From Phoronis australis (taxonomy: Eukaryota; Animalia; Phoronida), in assembly GCA_002633005.1 (NCBI GenBank), contig NMRA01000027.1:1484581-1548580 (forward strand): DNA of 64,000 nucleotides. The letters run 5' to 3'. Position 1 is the first letter of the stretch, and the number at the start of each line of letters is the position of its first letter. This document shows, in pieces, positions 23,520 to 35,336 of this stretch. A model generated the notes under the pieces. The model was not told the origin of the DNA and ran no database searches. It saw only the letters and a program-made list of their open reading frames with translations. The position numbers and the translations under genes are program-made.

Positions 23520-23679
23520 TCAAATAAACACATAAAAATCAGGAGCCCCAACCGGGAATCGAACCACAGGTCTCTAGATTGCCGGTCTATTGCTCTTACC
23601 ACTGAGCACAAAACCGGCAATCTAGAGACCTGTGGTTAGATTCCCAGTTGGGGCTCCTGATTTTTATGTGTTTATTTGA
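23520..23679. repeat. 67-bp-arm inverted repeat built from a tRNA-like sequence
   Basis: Arms 23520-23586 and 23613-23679 differ at 2 positions, with a 26-nt loop. The minus strand reads GCTCAGTGGTAAGAGC..GGTTCGATTCCC (A-box/B-box-like). Confidence 0.85.
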
Positions 23680-24826
23680 TATATTTCTCAACTGGCCAAC
23701 CTCAGCGTTTACATATTAACATCCTTATGGCATGCCTCAATGTGGAAAAGGATATTGTTGCAATAACGAGATCACCATCAGCATGCTGCACACATATAAA
23801 TACTGGACCACGGCCCAAGTGGTAAATCACAAAGTGACCAATGATAGAATGTAAACTGTAACAATTATGAGAATAGAGACAATGGACAGCAATTGATATT
23901 GGATGAAATGACACATTACAGAAATAACCCAAATACAAATGCTGCCGACAGATGGTGATTAATACAACCAAAATTACATACAGAGATCCACTGTCTACAA
24001 ACACAATGCCAGTGTCAGCTCTGTCACTTAAAGTGGGACTTGCAGTCTAATTCATTGTCTCAGTGATTGCTTGGTCAAATTGGTTGTGATACGTTTTAAA
24101 TTGCCAAATGTTTTTAAAAGCGAGTTTTGTGTCGAAAATTATCTGCCGTAAGTCACTGAACCACAAGAAGTAAATATCGTGGCATGATGTTGGGGAATAG
24201 CACTGCATGATGCGGGCTATGTGAACCCCCAAGGTAAGTCATTTATGCAAAAGTCACCTATCAGAATTATTAGTTTTCACATTAAAAGTTGTCAGTGAAT
24301 GTAACTGCACTTTGTTCAGCGTAGATAATGTTCACATACATAGCATTGTTTAGTTCCAGCGATACACTAGCATACATGTAGTTAGGAGCCTACATCTTCA
24401 AGGCGGTTTGACATAGTTTTAATTTATCATTGAATTTTTATAAATTCATATTTTGTATTTTTGTCTTTGCTAACTACAAATCTAAAATGCGGGGGTCACC
24501 TTCTGAAACAGCTCTCAAAGCAGCAGCACCAGGTCCTGGATAAATATGAAATTTTCATGGATTACTGAAAAGACACTGCCGAATAAATTGACGGACATCT
24601 TTTTGAGAACAAATTAATTTTCTTCTACAATGCTGTTTTGTATTTTAAAGTTAATTTAAGTACATTTTCTGGTTCAATAATTTTCTTTAGTCAGCATATT
24701 TTCGTGATTTTCAGTACCTAAAATTTTAGCATTATGTCTTCTACACAAAGAATAATAAATGTGTGTTTTGTTGATGCAAAACATATTTTTTGAAATAAGA
24801 AAACAAATTACGAGGGGGTGGGGCTG

Positions 24827-26197
24827 TCACCAACTTCCTTGCTGGGCTATTTTAGCAGTATCATGAGTTCTAGTGTGACCTTTAAGATGATCATTCCGTT
24901 TAAAAGATTTTCCGCACACAGTACACGTGTACGGCCTCTCGCCAGTGTGTGTCCTCATGTGTCTCCCAAGTTCACTACTCTTTTCCTTAAAAGACTTTCC
25001 GCACACGTCACACTTGTATGGTTTCTCACCAGTATGTACCCTTGTGTGTCTTACGAGTTCACTCTTTATCTTGAAGGATTTCTCACAGGTTGTACACTTA
25101 TATGGCCTCTCACCAGTGTGTATTCTGACATGTGTAGTGAAATAACTGCTGCTTAAAAATGACTTCCCACACACAGTGCACTTGTATGGTTTCACACCAG
25201 TGTGTGTTCCCATATGCTTGGCAAGACTACCTCTCTCAGCAAATGACTTCCCGCACTCATTACACGCGTACGGTCTCTCACCAGTGTGTGTTCTTGTGTG
25301 TTGAGTAAGTTGACCATACTGTGTAAATGATTTACCACATGTAGTACACTGGTAGGGTTTCTCGCCAGTGTGCGTTCTTTTGTGGTTATTGAGAGAACAC
25401 TTCTCTGCATATGACTTGCCACACACAGTACACATGTAGGGTTTCTCTCCTGTGTGCATTCTTGTGTGTGTAACAAGAGCTTGCTTCACTTTAAATGAAC
25501 TGCCACACACTCCGCACGAGTATGGTCTTTCACCAGTATGTATTCTCGTGTGCACAGTAAGTCTATCCTTCACTGGAAATGACTTCCCACACACACTACA
25601 AACATACGGTTTCTCACCAGTGTGAGTTCTTACATGGCGTGCAAGAATAGATCCACTAGAAAAAGCTATTCCACAAACAGTACACTTGTATGGTCTCTCA
25701 CCTGTATGCGTTCTCATGTGTGTACCAAGATTGAATTTCAAAGAAAATGACAACCCACACACAGTACACTTGAACGGTTTCTCACCAGTGTGTGTTCTTG
25801 TGTGCGCAATGAGAATAGAATTCGCCGAAAATGATTTCCCACAAAACGTACACTTGTATGGCCTCTCATCAGGGTGTGTGCTTGCCTGAGAAGCATTCAC
25901 ACTGTCATCGGCACACTCCAGTTTGAACTCAGTAGGTACAAATAAATTTTCACCCATGAGATACTCAGCTCCTTCACTACTAGGCTCATCTTCAATCACC
26001 TCCTGTTTGATATAACATCTCTCTCCACTCATGTCACTAGCATTGGTACCTGGGGCAACATTACATTCAGAATCATAAGTTCCATTGAAGTTGTCCACAT
26101 CACGTTCCTTTAACTTAGTCGCATCTAAATCGTCATCACTCCGGTAAGCAAGAATGTCTTCCTTCAATGCCGACCCTGTACATTTGTTTTCAGCCAT
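24827..26197 (-). CDS. Tandem C2H2 zinc-finger protein, 12 fingers, 456 aa
   Basis: Intact ORF with 12 CxxC..HxxxH units and TGE(K/R)PY linkers. Likely start is gtcATGg (MAENK) at 26197; the ORF-track start at 26230 is TTG. Splice acceptors just upstream (26242-43, 26231-32). Confidence 0.92.
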   Translation of the reverse strand: MAENKCTGSALKEDILAYRSDDDLDATKLKERDVDNFNGTYDSECNVAPGTNASDMSGERCYIKQEVIEDEPSSEGAEYLMGENLFVPTEFKLECADDSVNASQASTHPDERPYKCTFCGKSFSANSILIAHTRTHTGEKPFKCTVCGLSFSLKFNLGTHMRTHTGERPYKCTVCGIAFSSGSILARHVRTHTGEKPYVCSVCGKSFPVKDRLTVHTRIHTGERPYSCGVCGSSFKVKQALVTHTRMHTGEKPYMCTVCGKSYAEKCSLNNHKRTHTGEKPYQCTTCGKSFTQYGQLTQHTRTHTGERPYACNECGKSFAERGSLAKHMGTHTGVKPYKCTVCGKSFLSSSYFTTHVRIHTGERPYKCTTCEKSFKIKSELVRHTRVHTGEKPYKCDVCGKSFKEKSSELGRHMRTHTGERPYTCTVCGKSFKRNDHLKGHTRTHDTAKIAQQGSW

Positions 26198-27509
26198 GAC
26201 GACACCTAAAAACACACACAGAGACTTCAACTGTAATATGCCTGAAAAATGAACTTGAAACTTTAAAGGAAAAATACAGCCTTTTTATGTTGCTCTTACT
26301 AAACTTTTGTGTGTCTTTCAGACATTTTAGCATAATTACCTTAATTTCCCCAGGTATATAATTAAGTAGCCCCCAGTCATCAACATTGACAAATTATCTG
26401 CAATACGTAGAAAAACTTGTAATATGGTCGAGACCAACATAACTTGACAAACTCCTGCAGCCTCTACCGGTGACGCAATTAAATAAGCTCGAGCGAAATT
26501 AGTTCTCAATGCTGCGACAGCTCCAGACAAAATAAAACTACAAGCATTATTGATATTAGGTTGATATCCAGTTTTCATCAAATTTCTGTAACTCGGCAGG
26601 TTTTGGCAGTCGGAATGCATTGTCTCCCAGTTCATGATAAACATATGCGAATGATGCCTTTGTGGTTAAAGCTATTGAATTGGTCTGTTTACATGCATGT
26701 TAAGCAGACAGCTGCAGTTGAGGTAGCCACAAATATTGACTTTAGAATCAGTTTCAATGGACTTTGTACATGTACAAGGTTTTTGAAGTTTTTAACCAGG
26801 CAAGTATTCTATTCGTATTTTCAGGTTTTGTACCTCCTTTTGGAACTACTAAGGCCTGATTCTTCAGCAAAAACTTGAATGTCACTTTAGATGTACAAGT
26901 TTAGCGACACGAAAAAAAGTACAGAAAAGGAAATTGTGAGCATCGACCTGGTTGAAGAAAAGAGAAAAATGGCAACTTGAAAGTGATCGCTAGTGTAGAA
27001 TTTCTATACTCCTCCAAACAAAACTCTAATGGACAGAACGATAAGTCGACCAAAACTTTACTATATTTTGGTTTCCAATCGAAGGGCTTGTCAATTGATC
27101 AAATGGCAATTTTCATTTGCTTTAAATAATTAAATTTAAAAAGTGATCAATTAATTATAAAAATAACTGGTTGTTAATGATCATCTAGACTAGCATGCCA
27201 TTTGTTATTGTTGAGAAACAGATTGTCATTCAAGGGTTGGCTTCAACTCGCAATGACAAGGACCAGGGACAGTATTCTGAGTTTTCCTTAGGTCAAGATT
27301 TTTCTTTAATTGTGACTTTTTCTTTATCTAGTTTTTTCTCAAAATTTTCCTTGTCTTCACGAGATTTTCCTTAACTGTTTTCTTATAACTTTAAGTCAGT
27401 CTTAAGTTAAATGAAATTATTGCCTTTTAAAAAACAACATGGTGTTTATTATCACCAAAGAAAAAAAATTGCCATACAATGTTATGTTACCAAGTGATGC
27501 AGAATTCGT

Positions 27510-28945
27510 GATGTAGTGTACGTACCCCCTTTTGTAGTGTACGTACCGGCCCCCATGTTTACAAATGCCATGAAATTAAAATATCACTTGGTAAGTGAGC
27601 AACATTGGTCATAGACAGTTTCCTTCCTTAAAAATGTTTGGTTAAAAGAGTGTTTATTGCAAATACATTTGTTTTGAGTGACATATTAGCATTTTTGTAG
27701 TGTACGTAGAGCCATATTTTAATTTGTGCCTATTCTCAAAGTATGACAGATATGCACATGAATGCTGGGTTTTTCATTTTTTCTCTTTGAACTTATTTAG
27801 TAAATCAACTAATTCTCAGTAGATTCTTAGTATTTAGTTACAAACCTGACATGTCAATGAAATGTAGTGTACGTACCCCTGTGTAGTGTATGTACCCCCA
27901 TGTGAACAAATACCATGAAACAAAAATATTACACGGTAAGTATGCGGCATTTGTCACAGACAGTTTCCTCCATTAAAATGCTAGGTTAAAAGGGTGTTAA
28001 TTACAAATGCATTTGTTTTGAGTGAAATATTAGCATTTGTGTAGTGTACATACCTCTATATTTTAGCATGTGCCTGATTTCAAAGAATGACAGATATACA
28101 CATTCATGCAGTACTTTTTATTTGTTCTCTTTGAATAGATTTGGTAAATGAACTAACTCTCAGTAGATCCTACGTATTTTTATAAACCTGACAAGTCATT
28201 GAAATGTAGTGTACATTCCCCTGTGTAGTGTACGTACCTCCAACCTCTGTGCTATAAAGTATTGTCCACAAGTTTGTATTTTTACATACTGCTGTTCTCA
28301 TGCACAATACTGATATTTTCAGAATGCATCCAGTCTGACAAAAAACAATGGACATTATTAAATTTGTGGGTAATAAAATGCCACACATGACTTGGCTAGT
28401 AACATCCTAGAAGACACGTCATGTGACAACTGATGTTGCTAAGGCAGGTTATCTATCTCTCAAGACAACTTGCAACAAAACAACAAGTAGAGGCAGCACA
28501 AAACTCATGATTATCCCATACATTTGTAACTTAGTCTAAATTTGACGTTCGTTGACTGTGCGTAGTGTATGTACCCCCCAACCATTACCATTTTTACTGT
28601 TTACAACTTGAACACTGGGCCTAGCATTGCTTGAACTATTTTTACCAACTGATTAGTGTGTTGAAAACTAGGCAAATAGCACCAATAAAGTTTTTGAAAA
28701 AAAGCAGTTACTTGTCATTTTCTTTCTGTAAGAATCATATTCCAAGAGAAGTTATCATTATACTGTTTTAAGATATGCAATGTATCATCATCTAGAACAA
28801 CTTGATCAGCACAGTAGTAATTTTTCTTACTATAGTATATGATATGTCTTTAATTTGATCAAGAACTTATTAATTTAACAGCTACCTTATGAATTTTTGC
28901 ATGACAGAAGAGGGCTGTGACCACAAGTTGTAGTGTACGTACCCT
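27510..28945 (+). repeat. Degenerate ~345-bp tandem repeat with a recurring TGTAGTGTACGTACC motif
   Basis: Motif near 27512, 27532, 27696, 27863, 27882, 28040, 28205, 28224, 28561 and 28929; blocks 27530-27880 and 27880-28225 are alignable. Confidence 0.75.
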
Positions 28946-29543
28946 TTTATACAACTGCGATTCATTAGGCCATAAAATTTTATTCGGTGGTTCTTGTGCA
29001 AAAATAATTTAGATTACAAACCTAGAATGATGGTACTTTATAATAATCCAGCTTTTACAGTTATATGAAAACCTTCATTTTTCACCAAAAGTGGCCACCG
29101 AATATGGACCTTGATTGTTAATTTGCCCAAATGGATTTTTGCAGTGTTAATTTCCAATGCTTAAATTGCGACAACATACACTTCAAACAGCCCAATGGTA
29201 ACTAAATAAGAGCACCCCTGGGATGTTGCCATGCTGCATCCACTGTCCATAACACAAAGGGCGGATCCAGGATTTTGAGTTAGATCAGCCACTGTAACAA
29301 ACAATGTGTTTCTCAGTACGGGTAACTAGGAGCTGCTATAGTAATGTAATCAAGTTAGCCCGAACATCAAATGGTGCTGGCGCAAAGATGACGGTCATCA
29401 TATACCACTGAGTTTTAGGTTTCAGCGAAATCTGCCAATCAGTTCCCTATATATGTAATACGTAAGTTATGCTCTTCCCCTAAACAGCTCTTAAAATGCC
29501 CCTTGGTCTTGTCGAAACAAATTGGTGCTGGCACGTGGTCATC

Positions 29544-30443
29544 TAGGCAATGACCATCGCCTCTGTTGGCCCGAACCAGAGGCGATGTAGAGGCTATAGG
29601 CGCTCTGTACGCCGGAAGCTTTTCGGCAAATTATGCCTCGCACCGACTAAACCATCAAAGTCACGTTGTTATAAATACCTTTTGCGCATAGAGGAACACC
29701 TTAGGAGGTTGTCGATGTGATTAATTCCTTCCAACTCGAACAAATACTCCCGTTATGAAACTTTTTCTTCGAGCAGTCCCTATTTCAGTTCCCAAAATCG
29801 TGAACTCAACTTTTTCATTTTTTTAACCAGGCCGAAGGTCAGAAGTTGCGGACCTACCGGCGAACTTTGAAAGCTGAAGTTCCCGCCCTTTGCGTACGTG
29901 CTGCCGGGAACCAGCCGTGCATTTGCCGTGTTGTTAAACATTAAAATGTCAAATATGTGCACAAAGACTATTAAATGTCATATCAACAGCATTTATTTTT
30001 ATCAAATACAAACAATGATTCATTGAAATACAATCAGTTTCAAGTAACGCCAATTAAAGACAAGTATAAGTGGTGGCATTTTGGAAACGAACATTTGACT
30101 GACAAGACCGCAATGGCTCACCTTTGGCCTATTTAAAGATTGAGGTCATGAATTGGAGCGTGCGCAGTATAAAAATGGTGAGTTCACGATTTTGGGATCT
30201 GAAATAGGGACTGCTCGAAGAAAAAGTTTCATAACGGGAGTATTTGTTCGAGTTGGAAGGAATTAATCACATCGACAACCTCCTAAGGTGTTCCTCTATG
30301 CGCAAAAGGTATTTATAACAACGTGACTTTGATGGTTTAGTCGGTGCGAGGCATAATTTGCCGAAAAGCTTCCGGCGTACAGAGCGCCTATAGCCTCTAC
30401 ATCGCCTCTGGTTCGGGCCAACAGAGGCGATGGTCATTGCCTA
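29544..30443. mobile_element. Young 900-bp foldback/MULE-like non-autonomous transposon
   Basis: 265-bp TIRs (29544-29808, 30179-30443) with one mismatch seen; 9-bp TSD GTGGTCATC (29535-29543, 30444-30452). Confidence 0.88.
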
Positions 30444-30709
30444 GTGGTCATCTTATATAACTATGTAAAGTTTCATTGAAATCCACATAGGCAATTGGTT
30501 CTCTAGATTCCATCCAAAAACAGTGAAAACGCACTTCCCCAAACAATGCTTGATGCCCCACGCCATTGACTTGTAAATGGCCACACCCATGTGGCCAATT
30601 TCATCCAGGCAAGGGGTTTTTGAGATATCGCGCAGAAATGTATATAAAAACTGTTAAGTTCCAAGCCAAACAACCTTGACCAGCCCTAGGCCTAGACTCT
30701 GCTAGTGAC

Positions 30710-30752
30710 AGAGTCCACTTACTGCGTAAACTTAACGCAGTAAGTGGACTCT
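30710..30752. repeat. Perfect 18-bp-stem hairpin
   Basis: AGAGTCCACTTACTGCGT-aaactta-ACGCAGTAAGTGGACTCT. Confidence 0.9.
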
Positions 30753-32199
30753 TGCACGGTAAAGTTACCCACCACGACCACGTGCCAAACTGCCAAGGCA
30801 AGCTGCCTAATTATGCAGTTTGTAACAACGTGAGGACTAGATGTTGGAGTTTTTAACCAATTGCGAGACCTAACTAACCTATCTATGGTTGACTTGGCCT
30901 ATACACGATCAGAGCAAACGCACTTTAAAACTTCAGAAAGCTATATACCATAACTAAGCGCCGCAAACAGGCACCTCGCAAAGTTTGTCTTGATCGGTGG
31001 GCTACCGAAATAACACCACTATCACAAATGTGTTCCCGAACAATAACTAAGTGATCAGTTGGAGAGACCGGGCCGTTCTACTGCAGTCTACGATGCATTG
31101 TAGGTTGTTTTGAATGGGTTTCTTTTCCCGGAAACGGAACTCGACAGACTACTATTGTTCACGTTATCGTTTCAGACCGAGATGAGAGTGAACTAACATT
31201 TTTGGAAAACGTCCTCTGCCCAACCAAACCGAGTTTCACAACTAGTCGGAAACACCCGAATGAAATATTGTACACTATCTAAATTAAAGTGTTTAATATC
31301 AAATTAGTTTTCAAAATATAATGACGAAAAAAATATTTGAAAAAATTGGAGAATAAGTTGGTCATTGGTCTCTAGATCGAGGCTTGGAATAGATCACCCC
31401 TCACTCTGAGTATTGACTAAATCAGGCCGAAACGTCTGCGTCGTGTCAACTTGTGATTATCTTCTATTCTAAAAATTGGTATTGTTATGAATAAAATGTA
31501 TCTAAACTGAAAAGTGGTTCGAAGTTGGACGCCTAGCTTACAGTAGTTATCCGGATAACGACGGTTACTTACGGCCGTAAGACGGTCACCTGGGTCACAT
31601 GAAACTCAAAAAAAAATCGTCCTTGTTTGCTCAAAGAGATTCAGAAATATTGTAAAGCTGAGAATTAATACTAATACTACGTGTTTGGATACAATGATTG
31701 TACAAAGTGACGTGTCGGGCGCTGAGGCTTAGCTGTAGCTACTTTAGTAATTAACGGTTCTCATTTCAGTGACGGCCGGCGGAAGCCGGCCGCTTACTAG
31801 GTTTCTGACAAACATTTACAACCTCTGATCTTGAATTGTTGCCGTCGAGTGAGCTAGCAACCCAACCCGGCGCTAATAAAACTGATAGTTAATAAAACCA
31901 CGCACGCACAGGGGACGTGGCTACTCCACATAAGGGGTTATAAAACAATTAACTTCTCAGCCAGGGCCATAAATCCTTTGTTAACCTATAGTATACACAG
32001 GCCAACTGGGACAGTTGTATAACTATTAAGAGTAATGGTTCACAAGGACAGCTTCATATTCACTGACCTGCCGCATCAATTTCAAAAGGCCTATTGTGTG
32101 TGAATGACACTGTTGTGACGATTTACGTACGCAAATTCATGTGCCCAACTGAACATGCCAACTGTGCGGCCATTCCTGACTATAGGCCTATGAATGCAA

Positions 32200-33935
32200 T
32201 TTTGAAATGCCCACAAAAACACATGCATTGTTTTGCTCTGAGCTGTCTCATAGTATACGTCTGTCACGCGATCGGTAAGGTCTATCGATTTTTCGTCTCA
32301 GTTGGGCCGTCGACCCATAGACGACACGTCAATTTGAACTAGGCATTCCGTTCAGTTACCCGGACCGACGGTTAAATAGTCAGGTATATGCTGAGTATGA
32401 AGTAAACAGAGGAACTTTGCTATTAAAATTTATTAAAATATTCACCAACATTTCCGACGAACGGTAGGTCTACACTTTTTAAAGGGTAATTTTCTTCACT
32501 TGAAGACAGTGAATGAATACTTCCATTTTACAAAATTATAGGCCCTGCGGTACGACAACCCCTCGGCCGGATTTTGGTGCCCCGTGCCTGAAACTGAAAG
32601 CTGCTGGCCGAGGCCCAGCATTGAACTGAAAAATACAATGTGGCATCAGTTACATTTCAAATACCAGCAAAGATACTCGATCTATATATACATTTGCAGC
32701 CAATAAATAATAACGCACAAGTGCAAGTATTTATGAGAAAAGCTGTTTGCAACAGAAAAATATTTTGACATGTCATAACTGGTCCATTTTTAACTTCTAA
32801 TTACTCAAATTTGACCTTAGTGCCCAGTAAAAGTTTGGCATGATTGATCTTTACAAGTAGTTGCTAACCTCTTTTGTCTACAGTACAAGTTCTACAGAAT
32901 TATAACTCTGAACATACCTTGCGACAGCTTCAAAAACGTCCGGTGGGGCAATGCCTTGACTGTTCTTGTTCCTTTCCAAAATAAAAATACCAAGAAGTTC
33001 GGGGAGCAGTCGGTCATTGAGACTCCGTGACGTCACTTAATTTCAAGTGGCGCCCTCTGTTCATTTGACGTGTTTGTGTCGGTGACTAGTCTATTCGACA
33101 ATTGAAAGTTGAGCCTCCAGGGTTATATGTTTTTTGGTAACCCACTTAATCATTTGTCAATTTACGTGTTCATTCAACACTTGGCACTTATTTATCCGGA
33201 GATAACTGTAAAGTTGTCTCTATTCAAGAGGGGTGCGCAGATGTGCGTTTTGATAGAGAAATTTACATCCTCTTCTGAAGTTCAGTACGGCGAAGTGTCT
33301 ATTTTCACGGTTATCGTAAACAGAAAGAGAAAAAAAAAACACTTAACAAAAGGCGCTATAAAGACAAAGCATTCAAAAATGTATTATATACACAAACTAA
33401 ACATTCTACTTGGTATTTTCAGTGGCGGATTTACAGGGGGCCAAGGGGGCCATGGGACCCCCTTAAATTCTCCCAGGTTCCATTTGGCAGTCCGCGGATA
33501 CGATCATCTGACGGCAAAATCCTGGCTAATACTCTATCCTGCCCCCAACTCAAACTTCTGGATCCGCCCCTGATTTTCAACAACTGTGCAACATTAACGA
33601 GATATCAATTAATTCTTCAATGGAAAAAATATGTACGACGAGTTTTTATAAGCAGACTGACACAGAGACCATGAAAACGCCTTATAGCATACATGAAATT
33701 TATACATAAAACTATAAACTAGCGACTTCAAACACACAAAAGTGAAACAAGATAACCATTCTACTAAACGTAAAACTAGTTAAGGTCCTATTGAAACAAA
33801 ATGACATAACTAGTAGTGTTCTAGTTACATTCGCATATTCCCACGTAATATTACGATTGATCAAGCCACTGTAGTGACAAAGTGGCAAAATAAACTGGCA
33901 AAGGTAATTTGAATTCAAGGCGCTCGACCTCGCTC
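32200..33935 (+). repeat. Duplicated upstream segment; second copy split across about 37740-37925, 40065-40383 and 43578-44705
   Basis: High similarity visible by eye, e.g. 32778-33935 vs 43578-44705 and 32450-32778 vs 40065-40380. Confidence 0.88.
33420..33572. mobile_element. MITE CAGTGGCGGAT..ATCCGCCCCTG with 5-bp TSD ATTTT (duplicated copy 44203-44348)
   Basis: Terminal inverted repeats with ATTTT on both flanks in both copies. Confidence 0.7.
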
Positions 33936-34069
33936 ACACATAAATATGTGGGCGCATATATACATGTGTTCGGAGTGCAACACTAAGTGATTAAAAAGGT
34001 CGCCGTATGCAGCGACATCTTTGAAAACGGTTGTTTCATTTAGTTCAAGTTCTGATCTGTAGGCCTATA

Positions 34070-34945
34070 TCCAGTTAGCACACTTAATAAAACATATTAA
34101 AACCATGAAGTTCAATGATGACATCAACAGGTAAACTCATAACCATGCAGCAACCTCAGTTCCAGTTTGCAGTTTCAACTGGACCTAATTGGTACTGGAT
34201 AGTCCTCAAGTATTTTCACCACTGTTCTGTCTTATAAGACGTTCCATCCACTAACAGCTGTGTACTTCTATACAAACTCTCACCAGTGCTATTACTGCTC
34301 ATTAATTCTTGAGTGACTTCTAAGATGATCGCTTCCTTTAAAAAATTTTCCGCACATAGTACACTTGTACCTGTATACCTTCTCACCAGTTTCATTTCAA
34401 ACACACCCGCAAATACTATATAACGATATGCTAATTAGCTGATTTCGAGTTATGAGTATTTATTGGTCGATGAATACTGCGAAATATCAGGACTACCAAT
34501 TACAGCATTAGCCATCCTCCATTGTTTAGTGTGAAACCAGCATATTGCTGCTGTTTTCCCGGCGAGACGTTGCGTTTTGGTAGTTGTGACAACTCAGTAT
34601 TTGACCACGCTGTGGCTCTTCACTTTCCAACGGCACACTAGACAAGCGTGAATATGAGACAAGTTTGCGCAAGAAGTTCTCGTGTTGGTGGATATTGCAC
34701 ATTGGCGCTGGATACGTCTCTAAGTACACTAATGACCGACGGAATAAGAGCTTTTAGTCAGTTCGTGCTTTTCATTTCAGATTTGTCACCAATTATGCAC
34801 ATGCACATGGCAAAACAGGATAGGTTGAAATGATCAAGAGATTTTTCACATTATTGTACATTTTGTGTGGTCTCTCACCATTGTGTTCTTGTGTCTGCGG
34901 TCCATTGGTTAAAAATGACTTCCCACACACGCACACACACAATGC
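34070..34945 (-). pseudogene. Partial decayed copy of the 3' end of a ZNF gene (last fingers plus 3' flank)
   Basis: Relics CGKSFLTNG..HNGERPHK and TGEK..YKCTMCGKFFKGSDHLRSHSRI; 34070-34215 aligns with 35030-35180. An insert at 34400-34769 is flanked by the direct repeat TTTCATTTCA. Confidence 0.72.
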
Positions 34946-35336
34946 TCTTGAGATCGCTTCATGTAAATGCATTTTTGGAAACAATTGTTTTGGTTCAATT
35001 TCTAGGATAAGAGCGATTTGTATGTTTTTTAGTTAGCACTCCTAATAAAACATGATAAAACGATGAAATGCGATAATGAATTCAACAGGAAAACTCATAA
35101 CAACCTGATTTATTCCAGTTTGAAGCTACTTCAAATGTACCTAATTGGTGCTGCACGATCTTTATGCATTTTCAGCATGATTAGAACCCTAGTAGAGCCC
35201 TAATTACTGCGCATTCTTATGACAATTAATAAAAACATTTCGTTTATGACACCTTTCCCTAGTAACAATACACCTCTGTGACCTCCCACCAGTGAGTGTT
35301 CCTTTTTGACTTAAAAATGTCAGGTAAGACAGGCAC

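Noticed and set aside
23540-23610. Functional tRNA gene
   Set aside because: The 5' acceptor strand is missing and the unit is part of a foldback; treated as a tRNA-derived repeat.
26198-26230. ORF-track N-terminal extensions of the ZNFs (also 36690-36728)
   Set aside because: They begin at TTG right after splice acceptors whose phases differ between paralogs. This is more likely 5' UTR before a strong-context ATG, although an upstream coding exon is not excluded.
27510-28945. CRISPR-like array
   Set aside because: Eukaryotic context, irregular long spacers that are homologous to each other, no cas genes.
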